A stretch of DNA of 64,000 nucleotides from Eledone cirrhosa (taxonomy: Eukaryota): positions 8,618,001 to 8,682,000 of the forward strand of contig OZ024751.1 of the NCBI GenBank assembly GCA_964016885.1, in the 5' to 3' direction. Positions 1-14,500 of this stretch are shown one piece after another. The notes under the pieces are model-generated. The model was not told the origin of the DNA and did not search any database. It saw nothing but the letters and a program-made list of their open reading frames with translations. Numbering within the stretch: the first letter of the stretch is position 1; each line of letters starts with the position of its first letter. The position numbers and the translations under genes were made by a program.

Positions 1-632
1 CGATATTTTATGAGCATGCTATTAAAAAAATTGAAGAGATATGTAGACACTATGTAAAATAAAATCCTCTTGTCCGGCGTCCAATTTATTTGCACACAAT
101 TATAGGCTTATTTGTTACGTACGTATTTGTAGTCTGACAAATTTTCTGGAATACAATATTTTCCTGAGTAGATATATTTAATAATTTTTATAATGATTTG
201 TATTGCGATATTTTCTTACTTTATAGTTTATATAAATCATAACACTTGTTATTTTTTATCGTAAATTTCAACACTGACTGTGGAGACCTGTAATAAAATT
301 TGGTCGCATCCAACCTCCTCTATGCTGTGTATTTAGGAAGATATTGGTTCATATTATTCACGTTTTATGAAGGTAGGTAAATTAACTGCTAGTTCTAGTA
401 AGTCAATACATTATCTAAATTTGTCTCTTGTTTGCTAATTTCCGTGGTATTACCTATTTAATTATTTCCATGTTACTTCTTGTGGTGTTGTCATCTACTA
501 AACATCCGCCTTATTAATTTGAGGAATTGAAGATAATTCTGTCTTCAAAACAAAAGCCATCACCATTTTCTTAACATCCATTTATCATCGAACTTTCACT
601 GATCATTTCACATTAATACTTACAACACAAAT

Positions 633-940
633 ACACATTTGTCTCTAGACTTATCAGTGGTATATATAATCATTTATTGATTTAGAATGTTCGTACATGT
701 ACTCATATCATTTTCTGGGGGGGGGGGAGGGAAATATTGTATGATTCGATAGAATTTGACTTCTGTTTCTAGCAAAAATGTTTGTTTTTTTATCTCTACA
801 CATTTGTCTCTAGACTTATCAGTATTATGTGTAATTTATTTATTCATTTGGAATGTTCGTACATGTGCTCGTCATTTTCTGGAGGGCAAGACAGTGTTAT
901 TTGATGGAATTTGACTTCTGTTTCTAGCAAGCATTTTGCT
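633..940 (+). repeat. Diverged tandem duplication, about 165-bp unit x2
   Basis: acacatttgtctctagacttatcagt...gaatttgacttctgtttctagcaa occurs at about 633 and about 798. Confidence 0.8.
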
Positions 941-1289
941 TTTTATTAGGTGATTCCCTTGCCAATGTAAGTGTCAAAATACATTAACGGTAGTTCTACA
1001 GGCTCTAAATATATTGCTCAACGTCAAACAACCCACACCACTTTTTACGGAACCATTTCCACCAACAAATTTTAAATCAATACTTAAATAATTAAAGGTA
1101 AGGGTAAAGACCCACTTCAGTCATAAATGACTATAAGATTTGTACTTAAAATGTGTCCTTTCCAAAGGTATGTTTGTGGAAGACCAGCATTTGCACATGC
1201 AGCCCATGTATACTGGTCTCCCATCTATCTGCCACTGATAGTGTCCAAGGAAAAAAAAAGCAATGACCAATACATATTGGCATCCCTGA

Positions 1290-1438
1290 CGTCGCAACTT
1301 ATTTCTACAGCAGCGGGAACTAGAGCAATGAGAAATAAAATGTCCTGCTCAAGAAATCAACACACTGCGCGGTTCGGGAATCGAACGCACAACCTCTCAA
1401 TTGTGAATTCAACGATCTAACCACTAAGCCACGTGCCT
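1290..1438 (-). mobile_element. tRNA-derived SINE, 5' part
   Basis: Reverse strand has an A-box (tggcttagtgg), a B-box (gttcgattcc) and then cttgagcaggacattttatttc. Confidence 0.75.
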
Positions 1439-2084
1439 AAGTATACGTTTACTAATTCCCCATCAGTAGAAGTTGCTTTTAATAGTCTTTCCACCATATA
1501 ATGTAAAAAAATATATATATATTCAACAGTGGTGATATTTAGAATTTAAAGTAACTGCTTTGATTCAAAATATCATAAGACAATACATGAAAGGAATTCT
1601 CATTCTAAACTATTTCAAATATAGTTTATTTTTAATGTTAAACATTTGATTTGAAAAAGAATAAATGCAATCTTCCCCAAAGCAAATCATATAGCAATAA
1701 GGCCATAACAACAGATTATAAATAAATATTTTCTGGAAACTACTGCTGTCGTAATGAAAACATTATATATTTACTATATTTTACTGACAGCATTTGACTT
1801 TAATCTTGGCAAAAATATATGGTGTAGAATGTTTAGAGATAAAATATTTATGATCTATATCATTTAGACTGATAAAATACATGATGTTATTTAGAGATGT
1901 AACATCTAACTTGAGTGGGAAAAAATTGAAGATATTCAGAATAAAAGTAAACCAACGCTACCTAATATGTTGTATACCGACTAGAGAGGTATAACTAGAG
2001 TAATTTATATGATGATATCGGATTCAACATTTGAGCCCGAAAGCAGTAATGATGGTCCACGTCAGATTCACAAAGTGGGCGCCA

Positions 2085-2380
2085 CTGACACCCCGGGGCT
2101 GTTGAGAATGCCCAGGGGGCACTGGGTAATACAGGGGTGGTAGAGATGAAATAATAGTATATCAAATGGCATACATATATGAATATATCAAATAATAAAT
2201 ACATATTATTTATTCACACAAGTTATATATGATTTATTGTATATAAAATAACGATTTTATTTATTATATATTATTTAAAATTTCCGTGTAGGAAGGGTTC
2301 TCTTGAAAGAGGGATGGGGCGCTGAAGGTATTACGTGGCCGTGAGTGAGCAGGTAACCCCAAAGGTTTGAGAACCTCTGG
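2085..2380. mobile_element. Decayed hAT-like MITE
   Basis: Terminal aaggtttgagaacctctg resembles an hAT TIR; GC-rich subterminal segments; partner TIR not clear. Confidence 0.35.
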
Positions 2381-2974
2381 TCTACGTCATTGCATATGCC
2401 ATATAAACAATGTGGAAGTGGGTAAATAATTTTGCTGTGAAATAATGGTTAAATTCTAACATTTTGTGAAGAACCCTTCGTAATGTTCCTCTCCTAAATG
2501 TTAGCCATTTCCCTTACTCGTGGTAAAATAATGTATTCCGTTATTTTTTTATACTATAGCATTAGGCAAGAACTTTAGAAATCTATGTAATAATGTTATT
2601 CTTAGATTGTTATTGATTCTTTAATCATTTATATTGTTTTATTCCTTCCCAAATTATGGTAATTTGTTAAATGGCTACCGATAAATTTGTCTTGTCAAAT
2701 ATCTCTAGAATTATAGACGAGGAATATAAAGAATTGTTTATGATTTTCTCAAGAGCTTTAATGGCGTAATGAAATATCTTTATATATTCGAGACCATCAA
2801 GTTCTGTTGAGCTAGTGTTCAATATACATTAGCCTCTATACCTCTGTTTAAGTAGTAAAGGGGCAAATATATTTTGTTACTCGTGTTAATTGTAATAAAT
2901 ATATACTGGTTATTCATTTTCCAGAAGTTTAAACATAATTATTTAGTTGTAGTATGTTGTGGGATCAAGGATGT

Positions 2975-3180
2975 TGGATTAGCAGTATCGTTAGAGCATC
3001 GGACAATGTGTTTCGTAGCATTTATTAATGGCTACTAACGCTCTGCTTTCGAATACTGCCGAGATTTACATTAGCTTTTATCCATCTGAGGGCCATAAAA
3101 TCAAGTATTCGAGGCGATTTAATCGGTTTTCCCTTCCCCAACTCGATGCCCGTTCACATAAATTAGAGAATATTATGTTA
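2975..3180 (+). mobile_element. Decayed SINE, same family as 12230 and 33140
   Basis: ttcgaatactgccgagatttacattagcttttatccatc...ataaaatcaagta resembles the gttcaaatcccgccgag...tttgcctttcatcc core. Confidence 0.6.
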
Positions 3181-4346
3181 GAAGTGTCATAGGTGTATGA
3201 AACAATACGTCTACATAGAATATTTGGATATGTAAAATAAATGTTTATATTATGTGAACACGATATAATATTTCCTTAATATTGTAAACTAAAAAACGCA
3301 TGTTTTTATGCGTTTGCGCATATTTCAGTTTAGTCTAATAGTGCCTATATGAAAGACTAAGGTACTATACATTGTTGCACCTTCCACCTCCTTACTAAAT
3401 GGCATTTATGTTCTTTGTGGTGCTCGATAAGTTGTAGGTTTTCATATTTATAACCTTTTTATGCCGTTTTCATTAAATAATGTCCATTACTTTATGTTGC
3501 TGCCTATAAGAGGTATATTAACAAATTTAGATCACATAATCTGCTTACTCGTGTTTATGTATACTACAAGTCTATAATCTAAGAACCCTGTAACGCCTCT
3601 TAGGGGGTGATATAAGAAGTAAACGTGATTTCCCAAAATCAGAATGCTCAAATATATTACAACAAATAAACTATTGGGAATTGTTCATCATATTACAAAT
3701 TTGGGCTTGATATGAACGCCTTTCAGAACTAATTGCATGAGAACTACTATAGTAAATAGTAACTAGATTGCACTATGTTACATAGAATGTGTGCAGTATT
3801 GTACATGCCCTTCAGCTTTAGAGAATATCGTCATGCGATGAAGTAGAACTTTTAAAAAATTACGTTCTTTGAGAAACTATTTACTTGCAATTTATTATTT
3901 AAATTGTATTTTAAATATTAGATAGCCAATATACAAAAATGAATGTTGAATGTATGTCAAATCTTTGGAAACTTGAAATTCAATTCACAAATTTAACGTG
4001 AGATATAGTAGTGTAACTAGCTTAAAATGTCATTTATATATACAAAACAAAACACTAATTATACAGCAGTGAAATTAAAAATGTTTCAGTTTTGGATAAG
4101 ATGATCCTTAAATATGAATTAATTTTATGAATATCAAGAACATAGCAAATCTTTTGGGATCATTTAAAATTCCCTTTGAATGGAGGGTTTGATTGTGAAA
4201 CTCATATCTTCCACACATGTTTTACTGCTCTATATCATTAGAATAATCGTTAAGCAGCATCTAGATATGTACCTTGCTTCCAGTATATACATAGATTAAA
4301 ATGTATTCTTCGAAACTTACAAAATAAGCACTCAGATGTGCACATT

Positions 4347-4600
<254 letters not shown>

Positions 4601-5069
4601 ACGGTAAATTGTGTTGTCGTCGTAGGCGCGCGATAAGGATATACGGCGTTTCCGGCCATTGTAAACCTGGTGAAGACAATAACTCTCCATGTCTGAACAG
4701 AAGTGATTACTTCCATAGAAGCAATATTAATAGATAGCAAGTGTGAAAGAGATATATAGAAATAATCCACACCAATACTCGAACTCGAAATGAATAGCTA
4801 AATTAATCCCGTTGATGTTTGATCTCCGGGTAAAGGGTGGCGAATCAAACTGCAAAACATCTTATACGACATCAATATGCTACCCTGTTGTATAAATGTA
4901 TGAGCCCGTAACTCCTGATAGAGTTGTAGGGGCGCCTTATTGACATAAGGCGTTTCTCGGCATTTTAACTCTGGCGGAGCCAATCTTTCTCAAGGCAATT
5001 CTTTTCCAGAAAAATAGAAAGTGAGAGGAAATGAGAAAGATTTATAGAGGAAGAATGGATCCAAGTGCT

Positions 5070-5212
5070 AGACTGGAACCTTTTTTATCGACCTCGAAAG
5101 AATGAAAGGTAACGTTGATCTTGGCGGGATTGGAACTCAGAGAGCAGAGAGCCATAACGAATACCATTAAGCATTCTATCCGACGTTCTAACGCCTCTGT
5201 CAATTCGCTGCC
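5070..5212 (-). mobile_element. SINE
   Basis: ttttatcgacctcgaaagaatgaaaggtaacgttgatcttggcgggattggaactcag is the reverse complement of the SINE core. Confidence 0.7.
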
Positions 5213-5639
5213 CGTTAATTATATACCGCATACATAAACTGAATAAATTACCTGGGATATATCGTCGTGGGTCATATATATTTTTGAATTGTTTTAATCG
5301 GGTTTATTATATGTCGCACTGTGTTTTTGTATTTTGTAAATATTTCATCCTATCAGCTTCATTCCAGCTACCTGCTGGGAGTCTTAACCTGACATTCTTC
5401 ATGAAAGTATGTGTGTGTAAACACGCCAATCCTAGAAAGTTTTCACCTGCCACAAGCTTATCTTTATAGAGACAATTGATAGGTTGATACAACACTGATA
5501 TTTAGGTATTTTTTCTGAACAAGAAATTGTTATGGAAAACTACCACGAAATATTTTAAAGAAAATATAGCAAAATAATTATCCACAAATTATAAAACGTA
5601 ATTACAACCAAATTATAGAGATCTATTTGTCTCTGTCTC

Positions 5640-5902
5640 AAGCCTTGAAGCTCGTCAGGCCGTTGCTTATCCGGGTTTCGTGACGTGAAGCAGCAGAGAC
5701 TATGAGTCCGCTCTGCACAAGACGCCTGTTCATGGTAAGATTAAACCCCCAACTATTGCTGCTACTAAATTTCAGCTAGTATATTGGAGCAACGTAAATT
5801 AAAGTATTTTTGTAAAGAACATGGCAGATAAGCCAGAGAAGGAATCGAATCCACACCATTATGATCGTAAGTCAAACACACTTACCACTATGGCACGCGC
5901 CT
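5640..5902 (-). mobile_element. tRNA-derived SINE with central domain
   Basis: tRNA-like head at 5830-5902 (aggcgcgtgccatagtggtaag...ttcgattcc on the reverse strand); same head type as 1290-1438 and 56470. Confidence 0.7.
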
Positions 5903-6693
5903 CAACACAAAATTATAGAGGATACTATATAAAAAATAGTAGATAATAGAAATTGTATGAAATACCATAAATTATAAGAGATACATGAATTGTAGAAGGT
6001 ACTATAAATCATAGAAGATACTATACATTATATAGAAGATATACTAAAAACATCAAATAATGATCTAGAAATAACGAAGTATTACTTTTTCTAACATAAC
6101 AATATTCTACAACATATTAAAAATATTTTTCTCATTCACATCAATGTATTTGTCAGTAAAATCTCTTTGAGTAAAAAAAAACAATTGGACAAAAAACATT
6201 GAAATATATAAAGATAACAATGCAACATTTGTAAATTCTAAACAAGAGCTAAACTTCTACATAAATGAAAGAATATAACTGTAAAAATAACATTTGATGA
6301 ATTAAACTTCAAATACAAACTATGCAGTATTCACAAGAGTGTGCTCGTTTGCCGTTACACGCAACAATATATGGATGTATATGCGTGTGTGTGTGTGTTA
6401 TATATTATAACACACATTATAAAGAGTTGGGACCCGACGGCTGAGCCCCTGCCGTTTCAACTGATAGTTTATGATTATTTATAATATAACCATACTATAC
6501 TACCCCACGTATCAACTACAATGTTGAATAATAGTTTAACCAGTTTCAAACTGGTTCCGTCCGGACTCATATGTATATATATATATATATATGTAAATAT
6601 GATAATAATGGAGCTGCGGCGTTGCAAATGGGTTACATATGAAAAAGTAAGTCCTTCATCAGTGGCCCTCCAACCGTCCTAGGCATTTCATCG

Positions 6694-6809
<116 letters not shown>

Positions 6810-7082
6810 GTATATAGACAGTCGACGACCCGACAACAGGACCACCAACAAGACCCGTATGCGGAGCTAATATAGCTAGCAACTACAGGATCTCCTACTT
6901 CCTCTCAATGGTTATACGCCCCATAATCAAGATGTCCCCAGATGTATGTGAAAGTACAGAGGACCTCCTCAGCAGAATCAGTGAGTGCAACAAAAACAGG
7001 AGCCTATCCAACTGCATAATAGGCAGCATGGATGTGGTGTCACTGTACCCATCCATTAACATTGATTTTGCTGTGAAAAGAT

Positions 7083-8699
7083 GTGGAGATGATCATTGAG
7101 AGTGAGGTGGAGTTCTGCGACGTCGACACAGACGAACTGGGCCTCCTACTTAGACTTACCTACGACACTGACTACCTAGACAGCCATGACCTTAGATGTT
7201 TCTGCCCTAGTAGACCTATAAGAGGTAGACCCCCCACCATAACCTCAATGGCTAAAAAGACTCCCATAGGAAGGTGGATTGGGTGGACCAAAGCTATACG
7301 GACCCCCCAAAACACTGATCAGGTAAGAAAAATGGTCGCACATGCAATAGGGGCTAGTATCAAAACTACCCTAAAGGGCCACATATTTAAGTTCAATGAG
7401 AAAATCTACACCCAAAATGAGGGAGCAGCCATCGGCGTCAGCATAGCTGGTGATGTTGCCAACCTTTTCATGGTATGGTGGGAAAGGAGACTTAAAGATC
7501 TCCTTAATGAAAGCTCCATAGACCTCATCATGTACTCTCGTTATGTAGACGATATCAATATAGTTATAAGAACACCCCCACTAGAGAGCACTAACAAGTT
7601 TGATTTAGAACGTAGCACGATGGAAAGCATCCAGCAGATAGCTAATTCCATACACCAGAGTATAACTGTAACTATAGACTTCCCTTCCAAACACCCTAAC
7701 AATAGACTACCTGTATTAGACACAGAACTCTGGATTAACACTATAGACGAGAGAGCCCAAATTCTCCACTCACACTATGCTAAACCCATGGCCTCCAAAT
7801 ACCTGATACTCAAAAACTCAGCAATGTCCAGTAGTGCTAAGTTTAATATTCTGATCGCAGATTTGGTACGAGTGATGAAGAATGTGTCCAGCATGTGCGA
7901 CCCAACAGAAATGGAAGGACACATCCAACACTTCATCAACCGCATGCAGTTCTCTGGCTACAACCAAAGAGACAGAGTCAGAGTATACGAAGGAGCCATG
8001 GAAAAGTATAAGACCCTCATAGAACTGGACATGAAAGGAATTTGCCCACTATACAGGAGCAAATCATGGAATAGCTTAGATAGGGCTAGACATAAGATAG
8101 GGAAGGCCACATCATGGTACGACAACCAGAGATATCAGAGTGTCATGTTTGTGGACGCCACCCCTGGAGGGAAATTAGCTAACCAGTGTAGAAAGGCCCT
8201 GAGAAAGACCCACTTAAAAATAAAGGTGGTAGAAAAGCCAGGAACCACCATAAAATCCCTGATCAGCAAAACCTACCCTTTTAAGAAAACCCACTGTACC
8301 AATAGGAAATGTATCATATGTAAGGTGAACCCCCGGATAAACTGTAAAACTAGAAACGTAGTCTATAGCATAAGATGTACAGAGGGTACTTGCAGAAACA
8401 CGACAACAACATACATAGGTGAGACAGCTCGTAGCATAGGTGAAAGGATAGACCAACACTGGGGGGAACTAAAAGGACGAAAAAACGGGTCAGTACTATA
8501 CGAACATGCTAGACAACAACATGACGGTAACATAGACAACATAGAAATTAGAATAATATCTAAACATAGGAATGACCCAGCAGATAGGCAAATCAGAGAG
8601 GCCAGTGAAATAGAAATTAGAAGACCAAAGCTAAACAGAAAGAATGAGTGGAACAACAACAACACCCAAACAAACAACACTGACCTAAGAGAAGTATAA
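7083..8699 (+). CDS. PLE reverse transcriptase + Cys linker + GIY-YIG endonuclease; truncated; upstream part 6817-7082 is frameshifted
   Basis: SMDVVSLYPSI in the upstream frame, GAAIG, RYVDD, Cys linker, VVYSIRC..YIGETAR..ERIDQH..E..LN; 2-bp deletion near 7083 relative to copy 2. Confidence 0.9.
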   Translation: MEMIIESEVEFCDVDTDELGLLLRLTYDTDYLDSHDLRCFCPSRPIRGRPPTITSMAKKTPIGRWIGWTKAIRTPQNTDQVRKMVAHAIGASIKTTLKGHIFKFNEKIYTQNEGAAIGVSIAGDVANLFMVWWERRLKDLLNESSIDLIMYSRYVDDINIVIRTPPLESTNKFDLERSTMESIQQIANSIHQSITVTIDFPSKHPNNRLPVLDTELWINTIDERAQILHSHYAKPMASKYLILKNSAMSSSAKFNILIADLVRVMKNVSSMCDPTEMEGHIQHFINRMQFSGYNQRDRVRVYEGAMEKYKTLIELDMKGICPLYRSKSWNSLDRARHKIGKATSWYDNQRYQSVMFVDATPGGKLANQCRKALRKTHLKIKVVEKPGTTIKSLISKTYPFKKTHCTNRKCIICKVNPRINCKTRNVVYSIRCTEGTCRNTTTTYIGETARSIGERIDQHWGELKGRKNGSVLYEHARQQHDGNIDNIEIRIISKHRNDPADRQIREASEIEIRRPKLNRKNEWNNNNTQTNNTDLREV

Positions 8700-8965
8700 A
8701 TAAATAAGTAAATTTAATAAAATAAAATAAGATAAATAAATACATACACAAGCACATAAACACACACTAGTCACCCAGCAGACACAACACTATACACACT
8801 AGTCACACATCACACATAACACTATACACACACGCAAACGCATGCGCAAAGAAGACAAAATAAAATAAGATAAACAAACAAGCAAATAAATAAATAAATA
8901 TATAGACAGACTGAACAAAAAAAATGGCGTAGACATACAACACAACAGGAGGAACAATGAATATA

Positions 8966-9010
8966 ACACCACTGACGATGTTGCAGATGTGCAACGAAAG
9001 ATTTATGTAA
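8966..9010 (+). ncRNA. Hammerhead-like motif in A1 3' region (weak helix I); second copy 22259-22296 (-)
   Basis: ca-CTGACGA-t-GTTGCA gatg TGCAAC-GAAA-gatt-TA-tg. Confidence 0.55.
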
Positions 9011-9284
9011 ATTATGTAAACTATATATATATGTGTTTGTCTATATTGTATCTGTATTATTTTTGACCGCCGGTCAGTCAATGGCAACATTGAGGACCGA
9101 GTAAGTTAGATCGCACATATATATATATAAAAGACAGCGAGAAGCGAAAACCAACCAAACAGTGAGTGTGTTCTGTTATTAATTCTGGCAATATTACGCA
9201 AATATGACCCTCCCCAAGTATAACAATATCTGTTTCGACACACGATTTCATATAAAAAACCTCGCAAAACAAATTCATCGCCGC

Positions 9285-9316
<32 letters not shown>

Positions 9317-9326
9317 TACATATATG

Positions 9327-9358
<32 letters not shown>

Positions 9359-9404
9359 TACATGTATATATATATATGTATATATAGATATATGTACATA
9401 TATG

Positions 9405-9436
<32 letters not shown>

Positions 9437-9450
9437 TATGTACATATATG

Positions 9451-9540
<90 letters not shown>
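9285..9540. repeat. (TA)n microsatellite; similar tracts recur throughout, the largest within 35000-37870, 51950-52445, 54284-55590, 58630-60636 and 62997-64000
   Basis: Read directly. Confidence 0.97.
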
Positions 9541-9541
<1 letters not shown>

Positions 9542-9764
9542 CTTATACATCAAATATTGTATTTTATCTGATGAAAGTATACTTGAAATATATATAATTG
9601 TTTCTACTGTTGGCACAAGGCCAGCAATTACCCAGTTTTATTACTGGTACTTGAAATATATATAATGAAATGAATTATGATGCTATAGTGATATATTTTC
9701 CATTTATTTCTATCATTATATATATATTTATATATATATATGAGTATATACATATATATATATA

Positions 9765-10628
9765 TACTAGCAGTAAAGCCCGGCGCTGCTCGGGGCTTCG
9801 CAGTAGCTGTGTTAAGTTCCTTTCTCGGCTAAACAACTGTAGAGTCTACAGTGTAGACTTTCATGTGGTACTTTTCATTAATATTCCCACAACCAACAGT
9901 ATGCCTTATGAAGTTAATAAAACATAACCATAACCCGAATATTAAAACAAAATAGGATGTTGGGCATCAAAATTGCACTGGTAATCTATAAAGAAAAATC
10001 GAAAATTTAAACTGCAACACTTATCTCAAAGAAAAACATCAGCGTGACCAAACTATCAGTTGTTTTTAAAAAAAGAAATTGGATGGACATGAAAAAAAAA
10101 AAATACGTTATCTGTCTGTCTCGTTTAAAATCATTGCTTCTAAATGAAAATCTCATAAGCCTTTATTCGAGAATCAATGCTTTTTTTACAAAATATTTGC
10201 TTGTTTTACGGTGTATTCAAATTGGTTTGTTTTCAAGTAAAAACATTGTTTTAAAATACTTTTTAATGGAAATGAAGCAAAATGGAAGCTCAATGTTGAA
10301 ATTTCGAACTCATGAATTTTGCAGGTTAAAATGTTGCTGGCCCGAAAGTTGTTCGTGTATTTTTGTACTTTTGCACGCATCAGAATGACGCCAAAAAAAG
10401 GGAAATAATTCGTTTCTTATCTCTATTTTTACGTTTGAACTGAAAAATCAATTCATTACAAATTTGATTTTTGCACTTGGCGTGGGTCTATTTGAACATT
10501 TTTGTGACCGATGTCTCCGCCGGACCTTCATCTATAAGTGTAGCAATTTGACCGAAATTTGAACGTACGGTTTATGAGGAGATGTGTGCCGACCGATTTA
10601 GTAGACAGGCAGACAGACAACCTCAGTT

Positions 10629-10633
<5 letters not shown>
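9765..10633 (-). mobile_element. Non-autonomous Helitron/Helentron-type element
   Basis: Reverse strand ends in hairpin cccgagcagcgccggg followed by CTAGT; agacaggcagacagac microsatellite near the other end. Confidence 0.6.
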
Positions 10634-10693
<60 letters not shown>

Positions 10694-11046
10694 ACACATA
10701 TATAATAGGAATAATATATATGGAGGCTTATATTACAGATTTGTGGTTTATACACAAGAATCTCGCTATGACTATTATAAGCTAGGATCTTGTCGCAGTT
10801 ATTTAAGGAGCCGTTAGAGAATGCTCGGCATATGCTTCTGGATGTGTATCTTTCATTAGTGACACTTACCCATTCGGTACTGAGACAAGAATAAGCTTAT
10901 AGCTCCCTGGCCTTTTGCGTATGGAACATCAGCCGAGGATGTTCATTTGCATATAGCGAGAACTTGACTGAAATGGAATTATTAGGAGTACGAGTAATAT
11001 AAAGTTGTTGTAATCGATATGTGTATGAAGTCATATATGATATTGT

Positions 11047-11304
11047 TATCTATATATATATAAACGAAAATGTCTGTCTGCATGTATGTATGTAGGCGAT
11101 GCAATTCCACAGTTCAAATTTGTTCAAATTTGATACATAGGTTACTTAGCTCCCTTAGCATGTCAAATTGTAGTTTAAATCATGCTTATCTCATAAAATA
11201 GCAGAGTTCTGGGGCTATTTAAAGACGACCATGTTGAGGTCAGAGGGCGTTTTTATTTAGAGTGGCTAAAGGTGTGCCCGGCAACAACGGGCTCTTTTGC
11301 TAGT
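11047..11304 (+). mobile_element. Non-autonomous Helitron/Helentron-type element
   Basis: Starts atctatatatatataaa, then tgtctgtctg; ends gcccggcaacaacgggc...gCTAGT. Confidence 0.7.
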
Positions 11305-12224
11305 GTATAATAAAGACGCATGAGTCTCGGTAACAAGATTGTAAGATGTGATCATGCCGTAACTATATCAGTAGACGTATGCGAATGTTAGACACGTGTT
11401 TCTTCTCATTCGCATTCACTATATCTGAATGAGCATATCCAACCGATGTTGCATTTGCTCTATATGTAAATTAGCAAGGCTAACCTATAAATACAATCAC
11501 CCAACATACGTTTATATACAGACAATGGGTTGGCTCTATTCTATTCTGCCACCACACATATATAGAAGATTATCCTCAGCTGTTCAAGCCGCATGCACAA
11601 AAAGAATGAAAAGATCACTTTTACAATATTAATCAGATCAATATTCTCGTAAAACACGAGACTTGTTTATATTCTATATTTACATCGACTTTTATTCGCT
11701 TTTTCCCTTAGGTATTTCTGAAATATAAACATTTAGTATCTTTCAAATTCTAGACATCAATCCGCGATGTTTCATGCACACGTATACCCCCCCCCCCCCC
11801 CACACACGTACACACACATACACACGCACATATATATATAACTACACACACACACAAGCATATATATATATAAGTGTGTGTGCGTGAGTAAGAGTGGATG
11901 TGTGTGTGGAGGGGGCGTTTCCATCAAAATCGATTATGATCGTACTCTCAATTGCGATATATTCCTGACTTTACTTCTCAAAAATTATATCAGTAACGAC
12001 AACGCAGCCACGCGAATGACCGCTTATACTGCACACTTTGTATACTCACATGAGACATGACATTACGGACGTTGTGGTCTTTCTTCTTCGTATACTTGTC
12101 TGACATGGCAACGACAACACGTTCTTCTCCAATACACGAGAATTATGATCCATATTGAAACATAAGTCACTTGCACTATGACAATGTCTAGTTGTATTGA
12201 ACGTCTGCATTTCCCAGTAGTGAA

Positions 12225-12405
12225 TTGGCAGTATCGGTAGAGGGTTGGACGCCATGCTTCCTAGCATAGTTACGTCCCTTTACAGCCTGAGTTCAAATCC
12301 CGCCGAGATTAACTTTGCCTTTCATCCTTACGAGGTCCATAAAATAAAGTACCAGTAATGTACCGGGTAATTGCTGGCCTTGTGCCTAAAGTAGAAACAA
12401 TTATC
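12225..12405 (+). mobile_element. SINE
   Basis: gagttcaaatcccgccgagattaactttgcctttcatcc...aaaataaagtaccagt; highly similar to 33140-33285. Confidence 0.8.
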
Positions 12406-13299
12406 TTAAATAGAGTGGCAAAAGTCATTTCAAATGACTGGTACCTTTTCACATATACAGGAGAGTGCCTGAAAAGCAGCCATAACGGTGCTGGTCCCTT
12501 CACCTTTATCTTTCAGGATTCCCATACAAAACAACAAAACGTGGCTGAGAGGTCACCGATACCTATGTTATTGTGGCATAGCTGTCCATCTTTTAGACAA
12601 CTGTTATGATTTGATTTAAGACACTACAACTCACAAAGACTTTTTACAGCCCATTACTGTACCATTCCCAGTACTTTTATAATCCGGCTCACAAACACAC
12701 ACATACACACGCATTCGCTCGCACATACGTATTCTTCCGTGCATAACATATGTGTATATATATAGATGCTCACAACACAGACATATGTAAACACCCTAGC
12801 ATGAATATTTATACCTATTTTTTTATATGTATTTGTAAGTATTTATCTATGTCTGTATGTAAAAATCATTATTATAACTGCGTGTATGCGAACGAGTGTT
12901 TGTATGTGAATGTTCGCATTTTTATCTGCGTATTTTGATCTTTGTCTGGTTAGATTTAATCTTGTCATGAAATGAATATAAATTTCCTAACTTATAATAT
13001 ATTTTATTTCCATATGAATCATCCATTGTCTGACTGCGTATTAGGATTAAATAAGATAGATTAAAGAGAGGAAAATAATGACTATCCTGTCACAATATTA
13101 CGCTACATTTTCTGAAAGGATTTGTAACCTCTACAATTAGCTTAAATATTTTTGCTGTTGATATTTTATTTGTTTCTTTGTTTCTTTTTGTTTTGTTTTT
13201 TTGGCTAGACTAATCTATTCAAAACGATATATAAATATATACAGTGTGCCAAATTTTAGACTTGTGATTAGTTGCGCCACTGAGCAAATCTCATTTTAT

Positions 13300-14500
13300 A
13301 TATGAATCACAAATTTTATGATTTCAAATATGCATCAAAATACGCAATGTTCCATAAAGCAAGTGAATGTTTGGTTGCCGTTTCCATTGGTACAATCTCT
13401 TTAGATGTAAAAACAGACATTGATCGGCAGAATAAACTGACTGATGAGGGTAGTTGTTGTACGTTAGATTTCATGCCATATGAACAAAACTGGGGAGGAA
13501 TGAACTACAAGAAGCTATGTTTTTGGTCTATATATCATGCATGGAAGTGAAACCATTGTTAACCAAATAGTTTCTAGATTGACTAACATCAAAATCTATC
13601 AGGAATCTACTCGAGATCAGCCACATGCTGGCTTGATTTACACGAAGGAATAGCTACCATGACGCCCTTAAATAAATTACTAACATCGTAAGAATGAAAA
13701 TATTAAGCAATGATTGTGAAATGGCGATGACTTGAATGACTCTGCTTATACATTAGATCGAAAAGAAATTACATTGGTGTGAAACAAAAAAAAACACCAA
13801 TAATAAGAAGGAATAAAGTCAAATATATAACCCACTGTACACTGAATAAACATAAGCAGAACAAATATGTTGCCTCATATTTATTACAGGATCATTTATA
13901 GAGCAAATATCTGATGTACAGCTGAATTCGCAAATAGCGTTTTATCAACCTCTTGTACAACTGCTAATGGAATATACGAGAATCAACCATATTTTACTTC
14001 CACTGCAATACATAAAGATGACATTTAATTGATAAGCAACAGACCCAGAAACGGTATACTTAACTATTCTTTGTATTTGTTCATGGAACATATGGACATA
14101 TTTCCATTTATAAGGGAATTAGTAATAACAGCTAATAAAAATGTATGGATATATATTTACAAGAGAAAGTGACTAAACCAAATCTATATGTCAGCAAGAC
14201 GAGCACAACTGCATTAACAACAGTCAATCTGCTTTATATGAAAATCTGGGAGATACAACACATAGAAAGCGAATCAGGTAGCAATAAACATGGTTATGTA
14301 TTTGTATATATATATATCAATAATTTTTTAAGTTGTTTACCAATGGGTTCAACTGGTGGTTCAGGCTGGAAATCTATAATGCAACAAATTGATTAAAGCA
14401 CTCAACCTTATGCAAATCCTCCATGGTAGATATGGTATCCTGTGGCTGGTGCAGAAACGGAGTTAAGTATTCATTAAAACAACAACAACTGGAAAATTCA
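13300..14500 (+). pseudogene. Possible heavily decayed DNA-transposon ORF (Academ-like C-terminus)
   Basis: Colinear fragments RESTIFYFHC, ATDPETVYL, GWK and LCKSSMVDMVSCGWC loosely match EEADTR..LH / DTDV / GW / CxC motifs; many stops. Confidence 0.25.

Larger units (their letters stand above)
6816..9284 (+). mobile_element. Penelope-like element, family A1 copy 1, 5'-truncated, inside (TA)n
   Basis: RT and GIY-YIG coding region followed by a 585-bp 3' region ending catcgccgc; (TA)n on both sides; near-identical to 22048-24465 (-). Confidence 0.95.

Noticed and set aside
1375-1438. tRNA gene (also 5830-5902 and 56530-56603)
   Set aside because: A/B boxes without an intact cloverleaf, continuing into a SINE body
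4633-4984. Two similar segments of about 45 bp (4640 and 4944)
   Set aside because: Too short and diverged to assign
7083-9284. Selenoprotein-type PLE (in-frame UGA plus SECIS)
   Set aside because: No in-frame TGA in the ORF and no convincing SECIS found by eye
14407-14430. YANPPW adenine-methylase motif (DIRS-like)
   Set aside because: Followed immediately by a stop, with no supporting domains
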